Positions 38,642 to 49,535 of a stretch of 64,000 bases of DNA are shown here, piece by piece (within the stretch, counting starts at the first letter, position 1; each line of letters opens with the position of its first letter). The DNA is taken from the NCBI GenBank assembly GCA_038087875.1, contig CM075982.1:55428001-55492000 (forward strand), given 5' to 3'. This DNA comes from Malacoraja senta. Taxonomy: Eukaryota. A program made the translations under genes and the position numbers. Under the pieces are notes generated by a model, which was not told where the DNA came from, did not search any database, and saw only the letters and a list, made by a program, of their open reading frames with translations.

Positions 38642-41600
38642 ATGGCGGCCTCCACAGCAGCAATGAGCCTCCACCCTACGATGAACTGGGACGCCGATGA
38701 TGTGGTGGAGGCGTTCAAGAAATTCAAACAAAAGAGCCAGCTGGCATTCAAAAGCTTCCTGAAAGGAACTGCAGATGAAGAGAAGGTCAGTTATATTTTA
38801 CTATGGCTCGGGGAGAAGGGTCTAGACATTTTTAACAGTTGGAGCTTAACAGAGCCCGACTGCAATAATCCGGGAATAGTCCTTGAAAGGTTTGCGAACC
38901 ATATGGAGCCCAAATCAAACCACAGAATCCATCGGTATGAGTTCCAAGGGCTAAGACAAGACCCACAAGAAACAACCGACACTTTCCTGTCGAGACTAAG
39001 GAACGTGGCCAAGAAATGCAGATTTGGTGATGAAGATGACAGAATTGTCGACCAGCTAATATGGGGGTGCGCCCACCAAGAGGTCCAAAAGTCCCTAATA
39101 GGGAAAGACACCCTCAACCTAAAAGACGCCGTAGATGCTGCCAGAGCTTTCGAAGCCACAAGGAAACAAATGTCCTCCCTCTGCCTTCAAGTTGGCTCAT
39201 CTCAGAGCAGCACCAGAGTGAATATAGACGCTCTCTCAAAACGTGACCCTGGCTCCACCTTAAAGGCTCCAAAGCAGACATTTTCTAGGCATGCAAACAA
39301 ACAAGCAAGCCAAAGAAGCTGCTGGAACTGCGGTACAGAGCATGCATTTGATGATCGCAGGGAGTGCCCAGCATACGGGACTACCTGCAAATCCTGTGGG
39401 AGGCCTAACCACTGGAAGAAAATGTGTAGGTCAACAAAATCATACAGCACCAAGCCAAAGCAGCAATGGTCAAAGAACGATAGAAATACGAGAAGGAAAC
39501 AAATACACGCACACGTCCAACAGGAAGAGGAGATAACCTCAGATACCTCTGAGGAAGAATTCCTTTCCGTTGGGACCATTGACGTCCACGAAATGGGAAA
39601 CAACAAACCACATAGCAACAGAGATGAAGCATATACTATAATACAACTACAGAAAAAAGTGGGAAAGAAAAGAACAACGATTAATCTAAGGCTCAAAATT
39701 GATACTGGAGCCCAGAGCAATATCTTACCAGTCAATCTTTACGGAAAGATATTCCCTGAACACATGACAAAAGATGGCAGCGTCAGGAAAGGAATCCTTG
39801 GAAGTAGCGATGTAGTCCTAGCTGCATACGGAGGTTCCATAATCCCACAGCTAGGCAAAACAATCATAGCAGGAACATACAAAGGGAAAGAAGTGAAATG
39901 CCCCTTCTACATCACTAAATCGAAAGGACCTGCTATTCTCGGCCTGAACACGAGCCAAAGATTGAAGATTGTGTCAATCAACCATGAAATCAAGACAAAC
40001 TCCTGCAGAATTGACAGAAACATACTCATCAAAAACCGGCCGCCCATCAGGAACAAAGAAGAATTGATGGACATGTACCCAGAGTGTTTTGACGATACCG
40101 TTGGTTGTTTTGAGGAATACGAATACCATATCACAGTAGACCCCAGTGTGAAACCAGTGATCCACCCACCCCGCCGTGTTCCCCTTGAACTGAAAGAGAG
40201 GCTAAGGGAACAACTAAACGAAATGGAAAAAAAGGGCATCATCACAGCAATAACTAAACCAACTGATTGGGTAAATTCAATGGTTATCAAAGAAAAGCCA
40301 AACGGAAAACTAAGGATATGCCTTGATCCCAGGGATCTGAACAATGCATTGAAGCGCGACCATTATCCAACTCCAACCCTTGAAGAGATCACACCAGCAC
40401 TGGCCGGTTCCAAGGTGTTCAGCAAGCTGGATGCTAGCAATGGATATTGGAACATCAAAATAGACCGAAAGTCATCAATGCTCACCACTTTCAACACGCC
40501 ATTTGGCAGATTCAGATTCAACAGGCTCCCATTCGGGCTGAAGGTGAGTCAAGATGTCTTCCAGCGGAAAATAGATGAAACATACAAAGGCTGTAAAGGG
40601 GCAATCGGGATAGCAGATGATATCCAAGTATACGGCAGAGATGAAAACACGCATGATTACAACCTCCATGAGGCTATGGAAAAAACTCGAAGAGCCGGCA
40701 TAAAGCTCAATGCAGACAAATGCATAATCAAAGAAAGGGAGTGCAAATTCTTTGGACTGATTTACTCTGCAGAAGGAGTGAAACCGGACCCTACAAAAGT
40801 GGATGCTATCAACCACATGGAGGAACCCAAAGACAAGAAACAGCTAAGAAGTTTCCTAGGGCTCATACAATACATGGGAGCCTTCATACCTAAGCTTGCT
40901 AATCACACAGCAAATCTCCGTGAATTGATGAAAGACGACGCTGAATTTGATTGGTGTGCTTCACATAGCCAAGATTTTGGGAAAATAAAACAACTCATCA
41001 GCAAAGAAACGATCCTGCAGTACTATGACAGACAGAAACCTGTAACACTCCAAGTTGATGCCTCCATGAGAGGAGTTGGAGCAGTACTGATACAAAATGG
41101 CCGACCTATTACATATGCATCCAAAGCACTCACTCCTACAGAATCAAGGTACGCAAACATAGAGAGAGAACTCTTAGCAGTAGTCTATGGCTGCGAGAAA
41201 TTTCACACTTACCTATATGGAAGGTATTTCGACATTGAAACAGACCACCGCCCTCTAGAACAAATCGGAAAAAAAAACCTCACCAAAGCACCAGCCAGAC
41301 TACAGAGACTATTACTGAGGCTACAGCACTACGACTACAACATCAGATACAAGCCAGGAAAAGACCTGCTGCTAGCTGACGCCCTATCCAGACTATCAAC
41401 ACATGACAAACAAGAGATGGAAGGGCTGAGCATAAAGATCCACCACATTGTGAGTGTGACAAGCGTGAAGCTGGAACAGATCAAAGAGGAAACAGCCAGA
41501 GATGAAGAACTCCAGCTCCTCACCCAAATGGTAATACAGGGGTGGCCAGAAAAGAGACAACAAGTTCAGCCTCTCCTCCGCGAATACTGGACCATCCGTG

Positions 41601-42832
41601 ATGATATTTCGGTAGAGAATGGAGTCCTGATGGCCGGATCACGAATCATCATACCCAAGTCCATGAAAAAAGAAATCCTCGAAAAGATCCACCAGGGACA
41701 CTTAGGAATGGAAAAGTGCAGACTCCGTGCTAAATCTGCTGTGTACTGGATAGGCATGTACAAGGACATAGAAAAGCTGGTATCTACATGCCACATATGC
41801 CAAAAATACAGGAATTCACAACAGAAGGAGGAAATGACACCCAGTGATATCCCAAGCCGGCCATGGCAAACCATCGGAGCAGACCTGTTCACAGAGAACC
41901 AGCAATGGTATTTGATTATGGCCTGCTACTACTCCAAATTCCCATTTGTGAGAAACGTAAAGGACTTGAAAGCTAAAACAATTGTGTCAATTGTTAGAGG
42001 GTTGTTTGCAGAGCAAGGAATACCTGAGCAGATCGTATGTGACAATGGAACCCAATTCACATCTCGGGAATTCAGAGAGCTAGCCACCGAATACGGGTTC
42101 AAAATCACAACATCTTCACCACATTACCCAAAGGGCCATGGGTTTATTGAAAGGCAAGTACAGACAGCCAAGAAAACACTAATAAAATGCCGAGAGGCAA
42201 AGGAGGATCCAAACCTGGCACTTTTATCCTTACGGGCAACTCCACTAAAGGCTGACATGAAGTCTCCTGCAGAAATGCTAAATGGCAGGAAATACAAAAC
42301 CACCCTGCCAAGCAAAATCCAACCCCCTATCGACCAAGAAGAAACAAGGGCAAAATTGGCAGCTGCCCAGGAGGAGGGGCTGAAACAATACAACAAAAAT
42401 GCACAGTACTTGCCTGAACTATTTCAAGGCCAAAACGTACATGCTCAGGATCCAACAACAAAGAAATGGACCCCAGCACAAATCACTAGCAGGGCTGGAA
42501 CCCCAAAATCATATATCATAGAGACAGAACCGGGCAGGCAGTTGAGACGAAACAGAATTCACATCCGCCCGACACCTGAAATGTCAACACCTGCAACTCC
42601 AAAGACAACACCAGCAACTCCTAGGACACCACCCACAGCAGCAGCAACACCTGCCATTGATGACAACACATTCTCACAAACTGCTACCAGTGAGTCATAT
42701 AGTCAACCAGCACCAACCAATGGCCAGGAAATAACTCAACAAGTTACCAATACATCGAGTGCAACACTGCAGGCAACAACCAGATCTACTAGATCCAGGA
42801 GCAACATCTTACCCCCAGCGCGTTATCGCTAG
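38642..42832 (+). CDS. Gag-Pol polyprotein, 1396 aa (Gag with two Zn knuckles, protease, RT, RNase H, integrase)
   Basis: Zn knuckles CWNCGTEH..C and CKSCGRPNHWKKMC; protease DTGA; RT LDASNGYW, LPFGL, IADD; RNase H VDAS, ERE, TDHRPL, ADALSR; integrase HHCC and D..D35E. No stops or frameshifts. Confidence 0.97.
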   Translation: MAASTAAMSLHPTMNWDADDVVEAFKKFKQKSQLAFKSFLKGTADEEKVSYILLWLGEKGLDIFNSWSLTEPDCNNPGIVLERFANHMEPKSNHRIHRYEFQGLRQDPQETTDTFLSRLRNVAKKCRFGDEDDRIVDQLIWGCAHQEVQKSLIGKDTLNLKDAVDAARAFEATRKQMSSLCLQVGSSQSSTRVNIDALSKRDPGSTLKAPKQTFSRHANKQASQRSCWNCGTEHAFDDRRECPAYGTTCKSCGRPNHWKKMCRSTKSYSTKPKQQWSKNDRNTRRKQIHAHVQQEEEITSDTSEEEFLSVGTIDVHEMGNNKPHSNRDEAYTIIQLQKKVGKKRTTINLRLKIDTGAQSNILPVNLYGKIFPEHMTKDGSVRKGILGSSDVVLAAYGGSIIPQLGKTIIAGTYKGKEVKCPFYITKSKGPAILGLNTSQRLKIVSINHEIKTNSCRIDRNILIKNRPPIRNKEELMDMYPECFDDTVGCFEEYEYHITVDPSVKPVIHPPRRVPLELKERLREQLNEMEKKGIITAITKPTDWVNSMVIKEKPNGKLRICLDPRDLNNALKRDHYPTPTLEEITPALAGSKVFSKLDASNGYWNIKIDRKSSMLTTFNTPFGRFRFNRLPFGLKVSQDVFQRKIDETYKGCKGAIGIADDIQVYGRDENTHDYNLHEAMEKTRRAGIKLNADKCIIKERECKFFGLIYSAEGVKPDPTKVDAINHMEEPKDKKQLRSFLGLIQYMGAFIPKLANHTANLRELMKDDAEFDWCASHSQDFGKIKQLISKETILQYYDRQKPVTLQVDASMRGVGAVLIQNGRPITYASKALTPTESRYANIERELLAVVYGCEKFHTYLYGRYFDIETDHRPLEQIGKKNLTKAPARLQRLLLRLQHYDYNIRYKPGKDLLLADALSRLSTHDKQEMEGLSIKIHHIVSVTSVKLEQIKEETARDEELQLLTQMVIQGWPEKRQQVQPLLREYWTIRDDISVENGVLMAGSRIIIPKSMKKEILEKIHQGHLGMEKCRLRAKSAVYWIGMYKDIEKLVSTCHICQKYRNSQQKEEMTPSDIPSRPWQTIGADLFTENQQWYLIMACYYSKFPFVRNVKDLKAKTIVSIVRGLFAEQGIPEQIVCDNGTQFTSREFRELATEYGFKITTSSPHYPKGHGFIERQVQTAKKTLIKCREAKEDPNLALLSLRATPLKADMKSPAEMLNGRKYKTTLPSKIQPPIDQEETRAKLAAAQEEGLKQYNKNAQYLPELFQGQNVHAQDPTTKKWTPAQITSRAGTPKSYIIETEPGRQLRRNRIHIRPTPEMSTPATPKTTPATPRTPPTAAATPAIDDNTFSQTATSESYSQPAPTNGQEITQQVTNTSSATLQATTRSTRSRSNILPPARYR

Positions 42833-43045
42833 CACTGGAAGGGACAAGTCACGCCAAGACATGACTCTTGACTGGCTACGCACTACCTGAAAGAAAACAA
42901 GTTGCCATTATATATTTTGTTATGTAGTATAGTAGAAAGCAGAATGCCATGAATGTGGGCAGAATAATCCCACGGTATCTGCTACAGGATTGCCACCCTC
43001 GCTCTGGCAATCCTCTAGTGTCACTAATTTTTGTTCCTTTCTTTT

Positions 43046-43057
43046 GAGAAGGGGGGA
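43046..43057 (+). promoter_or_regulatory. Polypurine tract
   Basis: GAGAAGGGGGGA immediately before the 3' LTR. Confidence 0.9.
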
Positions 43058-43281
43058 TGTTACATATGCTACATATTCATTGTAGCAGTCCCAACCTCCT
43101 GCACTACTTTGTATCAGGCACACTCACCACTCACACACACACTGTGATTAGGTATGTAAGCACTTTCAGTATTACTACGCCACACAGACAAAAGGAGCTG
43201 AATAAAGGAGTACAATAAGGCAACTGAAACAACCTGAATTGTGTCGTTTATTATCAGGATATCAAACACGAAGACACAACA
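43058..43281 (+). repeat. 3' LTR (224 bp)
   Basis: Direct repeat of 38296-38519. Confidence 0.97.
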
Positions 43282-43364
43282 GGGGGGGCGGGATAAAAAA
43301 GGAAGAGGCGGAGACAGTAGGCTGTGGGATAGCTGGGAAGGGGAGGGGAAGGAGGGAGAAAGCA

Positions 43365-43730
43365 AGGACCACCTGAAATTGGAGAAGTCAATGTTCATAC
43401 CGATGGGGTGTAAACTGCCCAAGCGAAATATGAGGTGCTGCTCCTCCAATTTGCAGTGGGACTCACTCTGGCCATGGAGGAGGCCCAGGACAGAAAGGTC
43501 GGATTCGGAATGGGAGGGGGAGTTGAAGTGCTGACCGGGAGATCAGGTTGGTTAGTGCGAACCGAGCGGAGGTATTGGGCGAAGCAATCGCCAAGCCTAT
43601 GCTTGGTCTCACCGATGTAGAGCAGCTGACACCTAGAGCAGCGGATGCAATAGACGAGGTTGGAGGAGGTGCAGGTGAACCTCTGCCTCACCTGGAAAGA
43701 CTGCTTGGGTCCTTGGATGGAGTCAAGGGG
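43365..43730 (-). pseudogene. Penelope GIY-YIG endonuclease remnant
   Basis: QGPKQSFQVRQRFTCTSSNLVYCIRCSRCQLLYIGETKHRLGD, then a frameshift, then LEEQHLIFRLGSLHP.GMNIDF. Confidence 0.9.
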
Positions 43731-43918
43731 GGAGGCAAATTGGAGGAGCAGCACCTCATATTTCGCTTGGGCAGTTTACACCCCAGCGGTATGAACATTG
43801 ACCTCCAATTTCAGGTAGTCCTTGCTTTCTCCCTCCTTCCCCTTCCCAGCATTCCCACAGCCTACTGTCTCCGCCTCTTCCTTTCTTCTCCCGCCCCCTC
43901 CCCCACCTCCACATCAGT

Positions 43919-43946
43919 CTGAAGAAGGGTCTCGACCCGAAACGTC
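43919..43946 (+). ncRNA. Minimal hammerhead motif in Penelope pLTR (intact core)
   Basis: CTGAAGA-A-GGGTC-TC-GACCC-GAAAC-GTC, just downstream of the GIY-YIG ORF end. Confidence 0.7.
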
Positions 43947-44687
43947 ACCTATTCCTTCACTCCATAGATGCTGCCTCACCGGCTGAGTTTCTCCAGCACT
44001 TTTGTCTACCTTTGATTTTTCCTGCATCTGCAGTTCTTTCTTAAGCAATATGTTAACAATTGTTCTGTGCAGTGACATTTAAAATTGACTGAAAAAAGTG
44101 CAGAGGCTGTTCGTGCATAAGCTTTGGTTAGGACAGAGCTTCCGCAGTGACTAACTGTGCCAGGTGTTCACAAGTCAGCCCACATTTAGTGCACGGTACC
44201 ATCTTGGTAAAGGAATTGAAGACTGATGATGCATGGATCATGAAGAAACTGATTAACAATTAAGTTGGCTGCCAATGATAATTAAAGAACCATTTTGCCT
44301 ATCAGTATCTGATCCATTCCAACAGCGACCAGGTGATTATGAGGAAACTTGGACATTAATTTTTAATGTCCCTTAAAGTTACTCTTCATTTGTAGCTGGA
44401 GGATTAAAAAAAAAGAACATTTTAACCACACTGGGAGCCATTTTGTGATTTCATCCACATCCCATCAATATTTATTCTGAAATTTTCTGAGGGCTTTACC
44501 CCAAAATAATGATTTCTGTGCAGTCTAACCTTACTGATTGTCTAACAGGAGTCAACAAAATAATAGAATTGTCACTTGGTCTTTAGGAGCCAATGGATTT
44601 TGATATGAGACCAGGGTGATAAAGAGATTGGAGGACAGAGAACAAGCTCTACTCCTTCTTTCTTATCATTTGTAGCATTTGTAGCAT

Positions 44688-45252
44688 TATAGGAAGGATG
44701 TCAACAAAATAGAGAGAGTACAGAGGAGATTTACTTGAAATGTTGCCTGGGTTTCAGCAACTAAGTTACAGAGAAAGGTTGAACAAGTTAGGTCTTTATT
44801 CTTTGGAGCGCAGAAGGTTAAGAGGGGACTTGATAGAGGTCTTTAAAATTATGAGCGGGTTAGACAGAGTTGACGTGGATAAGCTTTTTCCATTGAGAGT
44901 AGGGAAGATTCAAACAAGAGGACATGACTTGAGAATTAAGGGACAGAAGTTTAGGGGTAACATTAGGGGGAACTTCTTTACTCAGAGAGTGGTAGCTGTG
45001 TGGAATGAGCTTCCAGTGGAAGTGGTGGAGGCTGGTTCGATTTTATCCTTTAAAAATAGATTGGATGGGTATATGGACGGGAAAGGAATGGAGGGTTATG
45101 GTCTGAGTGCAGGTAGATGGGACTAGGGGGAAGTATTTATTTATTTATTTTTATTAGTATTATATATTTTTTTTAAAATAAATGTTCAGCACGGACTTGA
45201 AGGGCCGAGATGGCCTGTTTCCGTGCTGTAATGGTTATATGGTTATGGTTAT
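44688..45252 (+). mobile_element. CR1 3' fragment
   Basis: ORF 44740-45126 LSYRERLNKLGLYSLERRRLRGDLIEVFKI...FFTQRVVAVWNELP; (GGTTAT)n tail. Confidence 0.9.
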
Positions 45253-45765
45253 TCTCCCTTCTGGAGCTACACAAGTCTAAGACACTGTATTCCCTCATTC
45301 TCAGTCCGAAAGCTTGCTCTACACTTATTAATGAGCGCTAACCAGTTGGCTCAACACTTCTCGTGGAAATGGGAAGGTGTAGATGACACATGGAACTCCA
45401 ACAAATTTCCATCTGGCAAGTATTTGGTTTCAGTGCCTCCAATGGCACATTTAAATGGAATTAGCCACCCAATAGCTACAAAATAGTTCTTAGTCCAGAC
45501 TTTCAGTCAGATATTCCTTAATAGGCTGCATTTATCTTTCACTGTTCGACTAAAATAATCCCCTTGAATTTACAGTTTTGGTGTAAATCATGACCTGACC
45601 AATTAGTCCTCATGGAGATTTCAGAAAGAATATTGCTGACCCATCTGGTGATCAAGTGATTAATACTTGCCACGGAAAGATTTGTGTTTATTTAATTGCA
45701 TCTTGCTACTGGGGGAGTTCTGCAAACCCCATGATCTTATTTCTAAATTTAATCCTTTTAGCCAT

Positions 45766-46088
45766 GGGGTAGTATGTTGGTACAGCGGTAGAGTTGCTGC
45801 CAGAGCAACTTACAGTGCCAGAGATCCGGCTTCCATCCTGACTACGACTGCTGTCTTTATGGTGTTTGTATATTCTCCCCGAGACCTACGTCGGTTTTCT
45901 CCGGGAGCTCCAGTTTCCTCCCACACACTCCAAAGACGTACAGGTTTGTAGGCTAATTGGCTTGGTAAAATTGTAAATTGTCCATAGTGTGTGCAGGGAA
46001 GTTAGTGTACGGGGATCGCTGATCATAGCAGATTAAATGGGCCAAAGCACCTGTTTCTGTGCTGTATCTCTAAACTAAACTAAACTAA
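45766..46088 (+). mobile_element. HE1-type V-SINE, full length
   Basis: tRNA-like head, conserved core, and (CTAAA)n tail. Confidence 0.85.
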
Positions 46089-47483
46089 AAGCCTCCAGTT
46101 TCCTTCCTGTCAATCATCACTGTACCTGAACCAAGACTAATACATAATTCTTGAGGTGCAGTGCACAGATCTATAAGAAAGAAAGATTGCTTTGAATATT
46201 AAAGGTGTTTAAATAATACCCAATGACAATGCTTATAATGAAAAGAGGCAGGCAAGTTAATTATTCATTATTGGCCCACAATTTTCAGTTCAAATTATGT
46301 CAAACCTGCCAGCAATGGCTGTCATTATTTTGCAAAACTGTCAACAGCTTCTAACGTCTGGATGTGCAAAATTAAATGTGGAATCAATACTCTTTCACAG
46401 GTGCACTATTGCAGCTCTCATTCAGGCAGTCAGAGCAAATTGTAATTTGATGTGCACTTCAACTCATTGTGAAATATCAAGGTTATGAAAGCCACTGAAA
46501 ATATCAAGCCTTGTCGAACAAGATTTAACTGATATTTGAGCAAGAAACCAAGGCTTACTGTGAATAAATTCTCAGGTTTTGTAACTCCAAATTTAAGAGG
46601 TTTATGGTTTTATACATACATAATGGGGGTATCTTCCATTGTCCCATGTTTGATTTGGTGTGAGCTCTGGTACGCACTTGCTCAGAAGCCCAGTGGAGGT
46701 GGTTTCACTGAGCAGCAGCTGCTGCCCTTATGGTAATGGTTTTGACAGCCAGTGATGCCCCATCTCCAGCCACTCAGGACTCTGATGTCCTCTATGTGCT
46801 CATTGTTAATTGTGAATGTCTTTGACAGTCTTGATCTGTTTCAAAAATTGAAGAAAAAAAATTAAAGCTAATAAGCATAGGAACCCTCTAAAAATCAGTG
46901 AAAATCGTTGAAGAATAATATAACTTCTCATCTAATTCCTGAGACTGAAGCCTCTTGATCCATTGACTGGAGGCTGTTGTGCTTCCAACAGCTTTGTCAC
47001 AGCCCACACTGAGGGGCATGAGGACCGGGGAGGCCAAGAGAAGCCCGGTCTAGCCTTTGAAGCAGATGTGAGCAGCTGGACGTGTCAGAGGCTAAGGCAG
47101 AAAATGCCATCATTGATTTAGACAGACACCAGCAACAGAAAGCAGGATGACTACAAGAGTATCCATGTCCACCAAGAATTAGCATTGGCATTGAGACAGA
47201 AAATCTGTGCTATTATTTTTTAGTTAAAAAGCTATCATATTTTATCTTATACCTTCATTTAGCTTGTAACAAATCCTTTATGTACATCTGACTCTTTATT
47301 TTGCTCTTGCCGATATCTTAAACCTACTGGTTTGCTGTCTGTGAAAATTCTTCAAGGTAATTGGCTGTGCAACTTCCCAGATAGTCAGTTCAGCTCAGTT
47401 CCTGACAGTCTGATTACCTTTAGAAGATGGCAGGTGGTAACTTATTTCAGAAGAGATGAAGCCCACACCGCAAACGCTCAGAT

Positions 47484-47718
47484 TTTAGTTTAGTTTAGTT
47501 TAGAGATACAGCGCGGAAACAGGCCCTTCAGCCCTCCGAGTCCGCATCTACCAGTGATCACCACACATTGACACTATCCTACGCACAATAGGGCGAATTT
47601 ACAATTTTACCAAACCAATTAACCTACAAACCTGAACGTCTTTAGAGTTTAGGAAGAAACCGGTGTGCCCGGAAAAACCCCACGCAGGTCATGGGAGAAT
47701 GTACCAACTCCGTACAGT
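47484..47718 (-). mobile_element. HE1-type SINE, 5'-truncated
   Basis: (TTTAG)n then AGATACAGCGCGGAAACAGGCCC. Confidence 0.85.
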
Positions 47719-48711
47719 TGTGTGTCATTTCCTTGAGGTGAATTGTCAGTGTAGAGCCAGCCAGAAATCTAGGCAATTAATTTTCAGACTTCCATTTATC
47801 ACTCCTGTTATTCCCTATCTAATACTTTTATTAATGTTTCACTGTCACCAGGGCAATGCTATGCAGCTTAGGTAACCACATAAATATTCAAATGACCATT
47901 GAGACTTCTACAGCCAGTGGGAGGTTTTAGCTTTAGATTGATTATTGTTGTCATATGGACTTAGATACAGTGAAAAACTTTGTTCTGTTTTCCATTAAGG
48001 CAGATCATATCATGCATAAGTAGATACATGACAAGGTAGTACAAAGAGCAAAAACAGAATATAGTATTTCATCTAACGGCTACATGGAAAGTGCAGATAA
48101 AAAAAGTGGAAGAGCTGCAATGAGTAGGTTGGGGTCCAGGATTTGGTTCACAGCATCGGTTTCTCAATCTGGCCAAGCCTCGCTGTCAGGGCATGAAATT
48201 AATTTGATGTGTAGAATCATAAAATGGACAAAAAATATCCAACTGAGTCTATGCTGACTCTCCAAAGGAATAATGCAGATCTTCCTACATCCCATCCTCT
48301 CTCCATAGCCCTGCCACTTTTTGTTAACAAATGTTGATCCAATTCCTGTTTGAAAGCAATATTTATTTTTATGACTTACAATTACATGTCTTGCATGTTT
48401 GACTCATAAATGACGAATATAATTCTTGTATAACAAGCTTCACTGTGTTTACATGGAGTCAGCAATTGTTTAGCTAAAGCTGTATAACAGATTGAAAGGA
48501 TCGAATTTGTATTATCGATTGCCTTAACTCAATTAAAAATCAAATGCATACATAATTTATATTGGTGTGTGTATGCAGGAGTAACTATTGAAAAAGAAAG
48601 CATGCATTCAAACCATTTAAACAACAAAATAAACAAAATAATTATTTGTGAAAGAAAACTGCTTGTTAGGAGGATGTCCCAAGATTTTTACAGATAAAAA
48701 GATTTGGAGTA

Positions 48712-48940
48712 GGAAAGAACTGCAGATGCTGGTTTAAATCGAAGGTAGACACACAATGCTGGAGTAACTCAATGGGGTCGGGCAGCATCTCTGGAGAGAA
48801 GGAATGGGTGACATTTCGGGTCGAGACCCTTCTACGTGTCTGAAGAAGGGTATCGACCCAAAACGTCACTCATTCCTTCTCACCAGAGATGCTGCCCGTC
48901 CTGTTGAGTTACTCCAGCATTTTGTGTCCACCTACAAAAC
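48712..48940. mobile_element. Penelope-derived foldback element
   Basis: Long inverted arms, tail on the left, hammerhead core at 48840-48867 (GAAA mutated to AAAA), and TSD ATTTGGAGTA at 48702-48711 and 48941-48950. Confidence 0.85.
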
Positions 48941-49133
48941 ATTTGGAGTAATGTGCTTCAGTCCTCAATAACCAAATACTTTTATTTTGACTGAGTTATC
49001 CAATTGTTCTTGCCCCCAATCCTAATTGCCAATTCTGCATCAACCAAAATGTACTAAGGAGCAAATAATTAATTGAGAAGGCAGTTTATTTTGATCAGAT
49101 TAGGTAATTCTGCACATCTAAATCAGTCCCTCA

Positions 49134-49177
49134 GGATGACCAGCCACTACTCTGGGGATGACCAGCCACTACTCTGG
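49134..49177 (+). repeat. Perfect 22-bp tandem duplication
   Basis: GGATGACCAGCCACTACTCTGG occurs twice. Confidence 0.9.
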
Positions 49178-49219
49178 TTCAATGGGTCCTGTGGTGACCG
49201 ATGAGGCCAATGTAGGAGC

Positions 49220-49535
49220 CCTTGCTTTCCTTCTCTCTCCATCCCTCTCCCCATCCTAGTTTCCTGACTAGTTTCACTGTCCTCCTGACTATATTTTGCT
49301 GATTGTATGCCTCGCTGTCACCTTCCCCTCAGCTAACAATGATCCATTCTATATTTTCCTTGACGTTCATCCCCTTTAATCTCCCGCTTTCACATCTTAC
49401 CCTTCCATATCTCTATGTCTCCCTCTCCCTTCTCGCTCAGTCTGAAGAAGGGTCTTGACCCGAAACGTCACCCATTCCTTCTCTCCAGAGATGCTGCCTA
49501 TCCTGCTGAGTTACTCCAGCATTTTGTGTCTACCT
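49220..49535 (+). mobile_element. Penelope 3' region, tail-less arm with intact hammerhead core (49442-49469)
   Basis: Pyrimidine-rich 3'UTR, then CTGAAGA-A-GGGTC-TT-GACCC-GAAAC-GTC. Confidence 0.8.

Larger units (their letters stand above)
38296..43281 (+). mobile_element. Full-length Ty3/Gypsy (Mag-like) LTR retrotransposon, 4986 bp
   Basis: Two 224-bp TG...CA LTRs, PBS, PPT, and a single intact gag-pol; G-run TSD (GGGGG on both sides). Confidence 0.97.
38179..44043. mobile_element. Inverted Penelope-like element (about 880 bp without the nested LTR element)
   Basis: Antisense arm at 38179-38295 plus 43282-~43735, sense arm at ~43735-44043, 33-nt tail on the right, and a 14-bp TSD AGCAATATGTTAAC at 38165-38178 and 44044-44057. 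Confidence 0.9.

Noticed and set aside
38791-42396. Several antisense and alternative-frame ORFs of 60-177 aa inside the Gypsy element
   Set aside because: Shadow ORFs of the gag-pol frame with no recognisable motifs.
46990-47120. GC-richer stretch after TTCCAACAG as a possible exon
   Set aside because: The frame examined closes within about 43 codons, the peptide is not recognisable, and there is no convincing donor site.
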